Of a DNA stretch of 64,000 nucleotides, positions 34,413-63,374 are shown one piece after another. The notes below the pieces were generated by a model. It ran no database searches. It was given only the letters and a program-made list of their open reading frames with translations, and was not told where the DNA came from. Positions within the stretch are counted from its first letter, which is position 1. The number at the start of each line of letters is the position of its first letter. The position numbers and the translations under genes were made by a program. This DNA comes from Vicugna vicugna (taxonomy: Eukaryota), in assembly GCA_013265495.1 (NCBI GenBank), contig MU059259.1, positions 558,001 to 622,000 on the forward strand, read 5' to 3'.

Positions 34413-37400
34413 CTGAAACGAGAACACAGACAGGACGGACCGCTACCACAGTTGCTCAAAGGCGCCAACAGAAGCTCACGTCCCAGAGTGAAAAAGTGCA
34501 GGTTTGTTAAATCTTGGATTTACTCTGAAGAGACTCTTCATGCTCCACTTAAGCGAAATGGGCTTTGTCACTCACTGCTGCCCTGGCTGGGGTCAGCCCG
34601 GGGACAGAGCATGAGGGTGGCCACTAATGACAGCAGCCGACACCTCCCACAGTCTTACCGCACTGAGCGTGGTCCTAGGTCCTTCTTCCAATTTATTTGC
34701 TTTTTACAAGAGGGAAAGTATTATTATTTTTTTTCACTCAAAATATTGGTGTTTTGTAGGCGAAGGAGCCGGGATTCAGGCCTCTAGGGTGAGAACGGTC
34801 ATCACCACACGGGCCGTAGGGGGCCGGCTGGCTGGTGCACACGCTGTGACCCCGGGGTGAACAGGGTCACCCAGCCCCCCTCACCCCGAGGGAGCCGTCG
34901 GTCTGCCGTGCGTGGGGTGGTTGTGGTTTGAAATCCCTCGCTGAGGGAGGCCCCACCCCGCCCCCGGCCAGCCGAGGGCGCAGCCCGTGCTCACTTGATT
35001 GAAGCGTGTGCGTTGTTCATGACGACACGGAGGTTCTGCAGGGCCACGTCCGTGTTCTGCTTCACCACAGTCAGGCTGGCGCCCTGGCCCGCCCGTAGGG
35101 CTTCATTCTCCCGCTTGAAGTTAGAGACCTGCGCCTGTGTGTGTGTGTGTGTGGGGGGGGGTACTTTGAACCTCCCTGGCCAAACCTGGCGTCAATGGTG
35201 GTCTTTCCTAGTGGGGGTGGAGGGCTCCTAATGGACGCGGGCCTGACGCCGTCCCCAGCCCTCCTCAGCAGTGACCCACAGAAATGAGACTAGCGCGCGA
35301 GCACGTGCCACCCTGCCCTACAGTCCCCCACTCTGCGCAGCATGCAGGCCCGGGGCCCAGGACCGAGCGGCTTCCTTCTTTCAAGGCCTGAGAGGAAAGC
35401 TCACACTGTCCTGAGTTTGGATGCTTTGTCAGTTAGGGATGGGAAGAACCCCAGCAGAGGCTCTGGCGTGTTTTTGGGGATTTGTGTGCACGTGAGGCAT
35501 CTGCCACCTTCCCTCTAGTTACCTGCAGCAAGCTTATTTCCTGTTTCAGTTTCATGACGTGATTTTCTGCCTTGACCGCCCGTTTCTGTGATTCCCCCCA
35601 CAAAAAAAAGAAAGAAGAAAGGCATCACTGATGTTGTAATGTGGACACAGGCGTCCCCTCCTTCCTGGCCCTGCCGCCCTCACCCAGAGCCAGGCGGGCC
35701 CACCCCACCTTCAGGGTGCCCACTGTGAGGGACACCTCCTCACGGAATCCGTGCCCCTGCTCACTCTGCCTGCCTGCAGGGCCCACCCAGACCTCTGGTC
35801 CCCCAGGGCAGGGCTCAGCAACAACAATGCCTGGGACTTGGGTCCCCTGCAGGGAGTGACACACCCAACACTTCACAATGTCCTTGCTGGCTCCGCCCAG
35901 CAGACAAAGGCTCTGCCCACCTCCCTCCTGTAAACAAGGAAACCGGCTCATACAGTCATGAGCTCCAGATTCTGCTCCACCTGCTGGACCACCGACTCCA
36001 GATCGTGATAGTCACTCTCCTCCTTTATCATCTTGGCTTCTAATTTCCGCTCCAGTGTCCTCACCCTTGTTAAAGGAAAGCCCCGAGATGTTAATAACTC
36101 CCATGAGTAACGCTAACAGTATTAGAACAGAAGGAATTTTAATTGGGTTGATTGGATAAAAAACGTTAAGAGCCTGCTGCTTCAGAATGAACCTCAAGGA
36201 GGCCCAGCGGGGGAGGCAACAACCCCGAGCCAGATGCAGAGTCAGCTCACGGTCAGGGCCACGAGGTCAGGGGCACCGGGAGCCGACTGACCGCTCTGCT
36301 GCCCTTTCACCAGATTTGGTTGATTTCAGCCGCATGTTCAATATAAACTTTGACATGGGACGTAAGAAACGTGTTTGATGCTGAGGATTTAATACAGCAA
36401 AACCTGGGCTTGGTTCAACTTGGATACTTCGTCATTATTTTCAAATTGCTCTCTTTGGGTCAGAAGACGTTTTGAACTGTGATCCTAACTAAAGGCTTAC
36501 ATACATTTCTGTTTGAGTTTCAGAGAAGCTCTGAACCTCAGTCAGCTTTCTTCTTAGCTTAGAATTTTCATCTTTGAGCTGCAGAAAAAGAAAATCCTCA
36601 TTAGCAACTCAGCGTGTCTCACTCCCAGGAGTCTGGACTTCTGCCATTTGGCTCTGGAACACAGAATGTTCCAGAGTCACCCCACAGTCCACTTACAGAG
36701 AAAGACCAAGAATAAAGCTGTCTGCTTTCCCAAGGCCTATAGTCACAACTTCAATTGTATTCATACCTTGTAACGCTTTTCTAGGTAATTACTACTTTTT
36801 AAAATGCCTTCAGAATACTGGGCAGGCTGTCCCTAAGCCACCGGTTGGAGTGGACCCTGTTCTAAGGGGCAGCTCTGAGGGTCTCAACCTTGCTGCAGCT
36901 CATGCCTACGGGGGGCCAGACCTTGCAGCCCCCGCAGTGCTTTCCAGTGGGTTACGGGCAGACTGGGCAAGGGCCCCGCACAGAGACCCTGGCGTGGACT
37001 GCTGTCTTTGGAGCCAAAACCCCAGGCCATCAAGGCCTTCAGAGCTCTCCAGGTTTTTCTCCAAGAATGCTGCTCAGATCTGAGCTGTTACTGGGGACCT
37101 GACACACAGTCCCCCCTCACTTACTGCTTCATAACTTATCTGCAGCGTCCGAAGGTGCCTGTCCCCCAGTGACTCTCCGTGGGCTGCAAAGTCTGCGCTG
37201 GGACTCCCCGCTGGGGAGACGCGAGAGTCGGAATCACTCAACGTCCATGCGGGCAGAGACTCAGGCCCCGCCAGCTCCGATGGGTTGGAAAAAAAGGAGA
37301 CGTAGGTGCTGCAAGGTGATGTGCTGGCGGCGACCCTGGACGAGTGGGTCTGCTCCACAGCAGACGGCAGGTAGGCCCCATTCCACCTGTCGTCCTCATC

Positions 37401-38742
37401 CTCGTCCTCGTCCAGGAGGTCACCAGCCCCTGTTGGGTCTTCGAAAAATGGCTGCTGGTATTCCAGGCCATACCCCACAGTTTGGGAGGTTGGGGAGTTA
37501 TGGTCGAGTCCCAGAGAGTGCCTCGTGGCTTCCTAAAAAAAAAATAGGGGGGCAAAGCTCAGACTCAGAAGACACTGCAGGCCTTTCTTCCTGGACATTC
37601 AATGCTGGAACTACTGGGAAGGTGGGAGGCAGGAGGGACCCACGCAGCTTCCCCACCAGGATTAGCAGTTGCTTCGATGTGCCCCACAACTCCTGCAAAA
37701 CCTCCTCGGAAGGAACGCTGCCAATCAGAGGAGAGACGTCCTCTGGAGGGTTTTTCTGAAAGCACTGCAAACAGCGCCTTCGAGCTACCTTTGAATAGAT
37801 CCTGCTGTTGGTCGTGTCCTCTTTTGACAGGCCAAGGTTCTTGGTTTTCAAAAACTCTTTAAAGGAGAATGGATTTGCCTCTTCAAGATCTTCAAGTTTA
37901 TCATCTGAAATGATAACGCATGTCACACATGCAAAGAGTCTCCGGAAGGTCATTAAAAGGGGGCTTTCCCATGCACTGCTCTTTCCCGAACTCGGCCCCA
38001 GCACAAACTGGGAAGGCTGCCCTTGTCTTTCCACCAGACCCCGGTGACACTAGGAAATGAGCGCGGGCCAATGAAACAGACCTACTCCTCTCCATCCTGA
38101 GCCTCTTGGTTCCCACACCTTGGGGCCCATGGAGTCCACCTCAGAATCTTTATGACCATGATGCACCTCTGCTCCCACACAGACTGAGTTTTAGTTGGCC
38201 TGGGGGCAAAGTGCGCCCGCGGGCCACGCTGAGAATCACTGCTCCGCCTCTATTTCCCTTTCCCGCTGCCAGTACCCAGCCAGCCACACGGCTGCCCTTC
38301 CGGCCCACCAACTACCCAAGCCCAGGTGCCAACCCTGCATAAAGTTAGTTCCTGTAACCCCAGCCCCGGCTGTATCCTCAGACCCTCAGGTAGGGTTTCC
38401 CCCTCACCTCCACTCGCCACGTCCCAGTTCTCTGGCCCCGTGCCTTTTCCCTTGGCCCTAGGATCAAGACTGAATCTGTGGGATTCTACCCCCACCTGCT
38501 CTTTTGGGCTCCAGGTACACTAACTCTATGCTGTCAAACCAACAACCCCACTACCAGGCACATGCCTGGCACTGTGTGTTTGACGAAGAGAAAAAGAAAG
38601 GATTACTGAACTACTCTACCTCCAAAATGTGTGTTCTGGGCTCCTGATGGACCTTGCTTAGTACATTTCCCCTTTCCATAGCCAAAATCTGCAAAGAGAC
38701 ATCGTCACCCCACCATGATCACAGGAATCCTTTATGACCTCA

Positions 38743-38774
<32 letters not shown>

Positions 38775-39877
38775 NNNNNNNNNNNNNNNNNNNNNNNNNN
38801 NNNNNNNNNNNNNNNNNNNNNNNNNNNNNNNNNNNNNNNNNNNNNNTTTTTTTTTTTTTTTTTTTACATGGGCTCTCTATTGCAGTGGTTCTCATAGCCT
38901 GGGGAACTTTCAAAGCACAAGCACCTGGATTCCTGCCCCTAGAGATGGTCTGACTTTCATGGGCCCTAGCATGTGTATTTCTGGCAAAGCTCTCAATAGG
39001 TCTGATGCCCAGTGGGGCAGGTGCATATATCCTCCTGCATCTTGTGGTACCTCCTGAATGCCCTTGTGGGTTGCCATGGCCTCTCAGACCCTCACATAAC
39101 TACTTGAACACTCCCTGGACACCCTGGACACGAGGCGGTGTAGCTGCTTGGGGAGAATCAGGATGAACTAAGGCTGCCCACTGCCCAGCTGCAGTGACCA
39201 GAGGATCGCTGCAGCTGGTTTCCAAGCCTTGCCTACTGGATGAAGGCTCCCTTGCCCTGAAAGAACGAGGTGGTTTCCCTTGCTCCCACTGCGCATACCT
39301 CCACTCCAGTATTTACCATCCTGTACTAGAGCTGTCTGGCTGAGGGGGATCCAAGATCAGACTGTGAGCTCCTGGGGGCAGGACCCCTACCACTTGCGTC
39401 CTGTACTCCCAGCGCCCGGCACACGGTGGTGCTAGTGCTTATCACTAGGTCAAGGGGTGAGTTCAGGCTGCAGCACAGGTACCTACAGGTACTGCCGGCA
39501 CCGGGGGTCCCTGAGGCTGGTCTCTCACCTGTGTCTCCCACGGAAGCTAGCACCGGACTGGGCACATAGCACATAAACGTCGGCCGAATGCCGAAGAAGT
39601 GGGACTCCAGGTCCCTGCCTTGGGGGCGCTCACAGTCTAGCTGGGGGAGACAAGACCGGCGCTCATAGAACGCTGGAGCTGTAACAACAACAAGAGCGAC
39701 TTCACCGCGCGCCGGCGCTGCGCGGGCGCTCTGCGTGCCCGCCTCACCTGGACCTCAGCACGGCCACCGGGCCGCGGACCCCGGCCCTTGCCCGCTCCGC
39801 CGCTCACCGTCCGAAATGACGAGGCTCCGGGCCCGGGATAGCGGGGTGACGCCCGGGCGGCGCGCGTAGCCCGCCAT
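34316..39877 (-). CDS. ENTR1: Endosome-associated trafficking regulator 1 (SDCCAG3), 10 exons, 1299 nt, 432 aa
   Basis: Join closes in frame; MAGYARRPGVTPLSRARSL..., LEEANPFSFKEFLK motif, C-terminal coiled coil, ends LKSIDRISEIKDEKES*. Confidence 0.96.
34995..35134 (-). CDS. ENTR1: ENTR1 exon 9
   Basis: AQVSNFKRENEALR...NNAHASIK. Confidence 0.96.
35136..35161. repeat. (TG)8 microsatellite plus G9 run at the ENTR1 exon 9 acceptor
   Basis: tgtgtgtgtgtgtgtgtggggggggg read directly from the sequence. Confidence 0.9.
35523..35585 (-). CDS. ENTR1: ENTR1 exon 8
   Basis: KRAVKAENHVMKLKQEISLLQ. Confidence 0.96.
35954..36065 (-). CDS. ENTR1: ENTR1 exon 7
   Basis: VRTLERKLEAKMIKEESDYHDLE...LELMT; AAG acceptor. 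Confidence 0.95.
36505..36578 (-). CDS. ENTR1: ENTR1 exon 6
   Basis: LKDENSKLRRKLTEVQSFSETQTEM. Confidence 0.96.
37125..37532 (-). CDS. ENTR1: ENTR1 exon 5
   Basis: EATRHSLGLDH...YQQPFFEDP...LQISYEA. Confidence 0.96.
37789..37904 (-). CDS. ENTR1: ENTR1 exon 4
   Basis: DDKLEDLEEANPFSFKEFLKTKNL...IYSK. Confidence 0.96.
38620..38688 (-). CDS. ENTR1: ENTR1 exon 3
   Basis: DFGYGKGKCTKQGPSGAQNTHFG. Confidence 0.92.
38745..38865. other. Assembly gap (72 N, 38775-38846) flanked by poly-T
   Basis: T30, N72, T19 in ENTR1 intron 2. Confidence 0.95.
38881..39025. mobile_element. hAT-Charlie DNA transposon fossil (MER5A-like)
   Basis: Begins CAGTGGTTCTC, with 'tctgact...gggccc...gcatgtgtattt...ctgatgc' as in MER5. 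Confidence 0.6.
39529..39678 (-). CDS. ENTR1: ENTR1 exon 2 (150-nt frame-neutral cassette)
   Basis: APAFYERRSCLPQLDCERP...VLASVGDT. Confidence 0.9.
39808..39877 (-). CDS. ENTR1: ENTR1 exon 1
   Basis: MAGYARRPGVTPLSRARSLVISD. Confidence 0.95.
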
Positions 39878-40130
39878 CGCCGCGGGCCCGGCGGCGCCAG
39901 CCCTCCCTAGCCCGGCAGCGGCGGCTCCATGGCCCCGGCTCCGCCCCGGCCGCGGCCCGAGTTGCCCGCCCCAGTCGCCCGCCGCTCGGCCGCCGCTCCG
40001 AGGTTCTGGCCTCTGCTTCCGCTCCGCGCACCGGAAGCGCGAGCCCGAACGCCGCGGGCCGGTGCCGGGGGGGCGGGGCGTCAGTGGCGGAACAGGAAGT
40101 GACGACAGAACCGGTGGGCGGAGACACAAG

Positions 40131-49435
<9,305 letters not shown>

Positions 49436-49613
49436 AGGCCCTGGGACCCGCAGACCCAGAGCTGTTAGCACCTTTTTATGTGCTTCTTGGGATGTGACTT
49501 TAGAGCAAACATTCATAAATGGTGCACTCTCGGGCTTTTTTCCCTAAACATCAGTGAACCTATTTAATGTCACCAGAGCACAACTCTTCAGAATTGAACG
49601 TGCCAATCAGTGG

Positions 49614-49619
49614 AATAAA
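49614..49619 (+). terminator. PMPCA polyadenylation signal
   Basis: AATAAA about 180 nt after the stop; a second AATAAA lies at 50325-50330. Confidence 0.75.
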
Positions 49620-51727
49620 GATTTCTCTCCACGACTGCAGCTGGACACCAGGTGAAGCACAGAGGTTACAGTCACCACTGTAGTCAGACCAGGTCGGTCT
49701 CCACACCTCCACAAGGAGCTTCGCTGGGAGGGGGCCTCCATGAGGTCTCCGGGACTGGCAGTCCCTGGGTGGGGGAGCACCCAGCCGTCTCCTCAGGCCA
49801 GCAGGCTGTCAACCCTGCCCGCTGCCGAGAGGCCTGTGCTGCCCACACTGAGTGCCATGGTGGGTCCCGGGGCAACGTGAGCACCCGCTTCTCTCCCTGA
49901 GGGTTGTCCAGCTTGACCCAGCACTGTGAACCCTCTTGCCCGACCTCCGAGGTGTGGATGTGCATGGGGTGGGGGAGGTGGGGTGCTTACAACTGACAGG
50001 TGGAAACAGCAAAGCCCGTGAACATGATGAAGGGTGGGGAGCTCAAAAGGTCTGGCGACCTTGGTGACCCAGGACACTTCGGGGGCCTCAGACACACACA
50101 GGCCCTGGGTTCCATGTGGGAGGCCGGGGCCTGGACACGTGCATTGGCTGCCTTGGGCTGTTCCCGTGCTGCCATGGTTCAGAAGGCGGCTTCCTGGTGG
50201 TCAGCAGCTTGCACTTGGACCGCACAGTTTTATAGAGGAGTCATCTCCAAATTGTATTTTTTGAAGTGTGAAGAGGTGCAGGCTCTGCAGTCCAGCTTGG
50301 AGGGGTGGGGGGGGTACAAGAAAAAATAAACACGTGAGCATCGCCTTTCTCGTCTGTTCACTCTGCCAGGGCCTGTTGTTCCATTTCCATCCCTTTCCAA
50401 CTCCTGGGTGGGAGGCGTCTGGGCCCGGCGCTGACTCCGCGCTCCCCTCGCAGTCCCGTCCACTGGGGTGGGAGCCTGAGAGTCAAAGGCGTGGTCCTGC
50501 AGTGCAGCCTTAAAGTCCTCACCGCGGGAGTCGGGGGAGGCGCGTGGCAGACAGGCCAGGAGTGGGCTGTGCCCCCGAGGTACGTTCAGATGGACTTGCC
50601 TGGGCTGCACTCGACTCCTAATGAGCCTCCTAGAAGCTGGTACTCACGCAGGGCTGGTTTCTCTGCCAGCCGCCACACCCCCCCAGGCCGGGCACTTCTG
50701 TGCCTTGGGTGCCGCGCCCCTCCCTCTCGCTGGGGGGAGGGGGGCTTTTCCTAGCCACCTTTCCAGCACACCCACGGTATAGGTTGTCCACTCCATTCCT
50801 GAGCACGAGTGCGCCTTTGTCATCCTCAGCGGCCTCCCTGTCAGCACCCCCACCTCTGGCGGCAGCCTGCGCTGGCCGTGCAGGACTCAAGGCACATTTC
50901 TGAGAAAAGAGCTGGGCTCTAAAAACCGCCCTCAAGCCTGGTTGTGTTCCACGCTTCTTTATGAAGCTCAGTTTCCAGACAGTCACCAGTTTCATTTGCA
51001 TTAATTTGGGCTTTAACCTCACTTTCCAAGTGAGACCCCATTCGTCTAAACTGATGGCTGGTACTAAGTAACTGCTTCACTTTGGACCCATCAGGTGTAT
51101 GTAATGGCCCCCCAGCCACATGAAGCTCAGTCTCAAAGCTAACACATGTCCGTGTCACATTAAATCTCTTTTCCGTGATTTTGGTCAGAGAAAACACCCA
51201 GAAAGAATCCATAAAATCTTACTCATTTCAAGCCCTGTGACCACAATTGATTCAAAACTCAAACGCACATTCTTCTGAGCACAATTTTACACATTCAGAC
51301 AATCTGAACAGTTTCTAAAGATTAGATGGGATTGACTGCCTTCTCAGTGGAATTTCTCCCACTTGTACCAAAAGATTGGGTGTGCATTGCTTTAAAATCT
51401 ACATTCCACGTTTTGGAAGCTGACGCTAATAAAAGTTTGATAGCCTACTTCTTGGAATTGACTTTCCATCATTCATCATGGTTCACTCAAGTCTGAAGTA
51501 CTCTGGTCTCCCCAGAAGCCCTTTTTCAGTGAACACTTACCTGGGGGCAGCAGACGAGGCTGTGGGTGCACAGGCAGCAGAGGTAGATCACGTGAGACCA
51601 AACATGCTGCCTTTGAATGTGACAGCCTCTCCTCATAAGAACATTGAAAGAACAGGGTGTGCATACAGACTGTTTCTTTCTAGGACTCAACCTTTAGCCA
51701 GAGAGAGTTTGAGAGTCAATATATGTA

Positions 51728-51733
51728 TTTATT
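51728..51733 (-). terminator. INPP5E polyadenylation signal
   Basis: AATAAA on the - strand about 850 nt after the stop, in AT-rich context. Confidence 0.7.
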
Positions 51734-52580
51734 TAAAAATATAAATACTGAAAAATAAATAATTTAAGAGACTAGATTGAATGCCCCTAGATTTTCCCAC
51801 ATTCAAAGCCTGCACTGTTTTTAAGAGATGGGCTAAGACACAAAGCAATGATGGGCTCTAAATCCTTTGAGGAAGAAGAAATCTGGAACGTGGTGGGGTG
51901 CTGGCCGAGGCGGGCCAGGTGGTGACATTAGAAGCTTCTAACGGTTTCTTTGACCGGGAAACTCACCTCTTATATGAATGCCATTCGCCTCTGAAAATGG
52001 TCTGAAATTACTGAGACCAAGAGAGGAGAGGGAGGTGGTTTTGTGGCCCTGAACCACCGGCCCCTCCTCATCCCAGCCTCAGCCGGGTCCTGTCTGTGGT
52101 CCCTGACGTGGGATCCGAGATCCCAGGGTCACCCAGCCCCGGGCAGCCTCCTCCCCAGCACTACTGGGCGCCCTGAGCTCAGACAAGACGGGCAGCTCCT
52201 GGCTGGTGTTTAGGGGCTGCAGGGAGGCTGTGGATCTGGACATGCAAACGGAGGTGAGGGCTCGGCAGCCAGGCCGGAGGAGGTGGCAGCTTGGCGGTGG
52301 GGTGGAGAGCCTGCGAGCCGCTTGAAGCCGCCCTGACGCCTAGGCCGACAGGGACCGTGGGCGGGCAGGCCAGCGTCGGGCTGTGCGCGGGCCGCCCTGT
52401 GAGGGGAGCTCCGGGGGTGGTGAGTCAGTACGCACGGGCTGGTCCCATTCCAGGAGTGGCTCATCCTGATCCAAAGACAGGGAGAGGTCCCAGATGGCAA
52501 CCTCCTCTCTCTTCCAGGGAGTCTGGGCCAAATACCCTCCCACGTTGCAGGTGGCGAATCCCCCTCCTTCGGCAAACTTC

Positions 52581-61740
<9,160 letters not shown>

Positions 61741-62179
61741 AGTCCAGGGGCCGGCCCTCACGGACAACAGCAGCCGAGCCGACTCAGAAGATGGCTCCTC
61801 CTGGGGCTACTGGCGACTCCCAGTGTTAGGGGTGCAAGGTCAGACGTCGCTGGGCGAGGCACGGAGGAGAGGACCGGCAGCGGCTCCCCTTCAGGCCTGG
61901 GGTGGTCCGGCACCACCAGGGCTGGCTGCTGCATGGCTGGAAGCCCTGAAGGTCTTAAGTCCCCGACTGGAACCTAAAGAAAGTGTGCTATCAGCCTGCC
62001 ACCACCGTGGCCCTGATGCCAATTTACTGTTCCTAAAGGTGACGGAGCGGACAGGTCAGCAACAGGCCAGCAAGAAGTAGCATCTAGACGTTCTGGCCTG
62101 CGGCTTCCTCCTGGGAGGTGGGTGAAAGCAGGAGCAACTTAGGATGGTGGAAGTCCACCCTCCTGAGGGGCCTGCTCTT

Positions 62180-62960
62180 CCCGTGGGGTGCGGGCGCATG
62201 ACCAAGTAAGCTCCCCGTCGGCGCAGCCTCCGATGGGGACCCTGCCGCGCCCCTTCCTCCCGCAGCCAGGCGGCCCCGCCCCGCTCACCTGCGCGCCTAC
62301 CACCATAGCTCGGCCCGCAGTGCCCGCCCCGAGAGCGGGCGACCCTGAGCAGGTCAGCGGCCCCGGCTGCGAAGGCCCCTGACTCAGGACCTGCGAGTCC
62401 AGCCTGGCCGGCTGTGGGGCTCCTCAGGGCAACGACCGGCCCGGAGCCCCGGGGGAGGGGCAGGGAGGGGAGACGAGCCCCGCGCCCAGGGGTTCCCCGC
62501 GCCTAAGACCCCGCGGTCCGCCCCGCGCCGAGGACCCCGTGCCCCGACGCGCGCCCGGCCCCGGATCCCTGCACCCCCGCCCAGGGGTGATCCCGCGCCT
62601 AGTACCCCTGGGCCCCGAGCCCCCGCCCCGGACCTCGTCCAGGACTCCCGCCGCGCCCCCGCCCGGGGGTCACTTCGCGCCGTACCCCGCGCCCCGTGTC
62701 CCCACCTCTCAGAGCCGCCCGCTCTCCAGCCCCGCGGGCCTCGGCGGCCGCTCCCCGGCAACCGGCAGGCAGGGCGGCCGGGACCCGGCGCCTGCAGCGG
62801 CCCCTGGCGGCCGGAGGACCCAGCCGCGCACAGCGAGGACGGGGGGCACCCTCTGGTGGGCGCCAGTGCACCTGCGGCCTCCTTGCCTCCGCCCCCCGCC
62901 CCGAAGCCCCGCCCCCATGCCCGTGCAGGTGTGCGGGCTGGGGGCCTTTCGGACAGAGGG
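62180..62960 (-). promoter_or_regulatory. INPP5E: INPP5E CpG-island promoter with a probable non-coding first exon (donor at 62288)
   Basis: Dense CpG and GC boxes; CAG|GTGAGC at 62288; strong acceptor ctttctttag|G at 61974 upstream of the ATG. Confidence 0.7.
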
Positions 62961-63156
62961 AATCCTAGAACACTTGGTGTTGCCCGGGGTCCCCAGGGAG
63001 CAGCACTGCCTCATCTCTCATTCCCACCAGGAAGGGTATTCCATGTCAAACCCACCACCCTTCAGAGGCGTCCTCCTTCCTCTGCCCATGAAGAGCAAGG
63101 ATCGCGAAAAGACTCAGGTGGCCCAGGAGCTTCTGTACAATAAAGTGCAGGTGAGC

Positions 63157-63284
63157 ACGAGGGTGTAGCTCAGTGGCAGAGCCCATGCTTAGCGTGCGCA
63201 AGGTCCTGGGTTCAATCCCCAGTACTTACACACACACAAATAAATAATTAAAAAATACGTAAATAAGCCTAATTTTCTCCAACC

Positions 63285-63313
<29 letters not shown>
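63157..63313 (+). mobile_element. tRNA-Ala-derived SINE (camelid Vic-1-like) with A29 tail
   Basis: GGGTGTAGCTCAGTGGCAGAG (A box), GGGTTCAATCCCC (B box), AT-rich body, poly(A) 63285-63313. Confidence 0.9.
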
Positions 63314-63316
<3 letters not shown>

Positions 63317-63374
63317 TTTGCAGAGGGAGACTCACTGGCTCCCAATAAACAAAAAGAGGCAGGGTGAAATGCTT

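Noticed and set aside
61741-61767. Upstream in-frame start for INPP5E (MSVRAGPWT)
   Set aside because: The start is a non-ATG codon in the ORF track, and homology begins at MPS (61740).
63160-63226. Possible tRNA-Ala(AGC) gene
   Set aside because: The acceptor stem is broken, and the head runs straight into an AT-rich body and an A29 tail. It is a tRNA-derived SINE.
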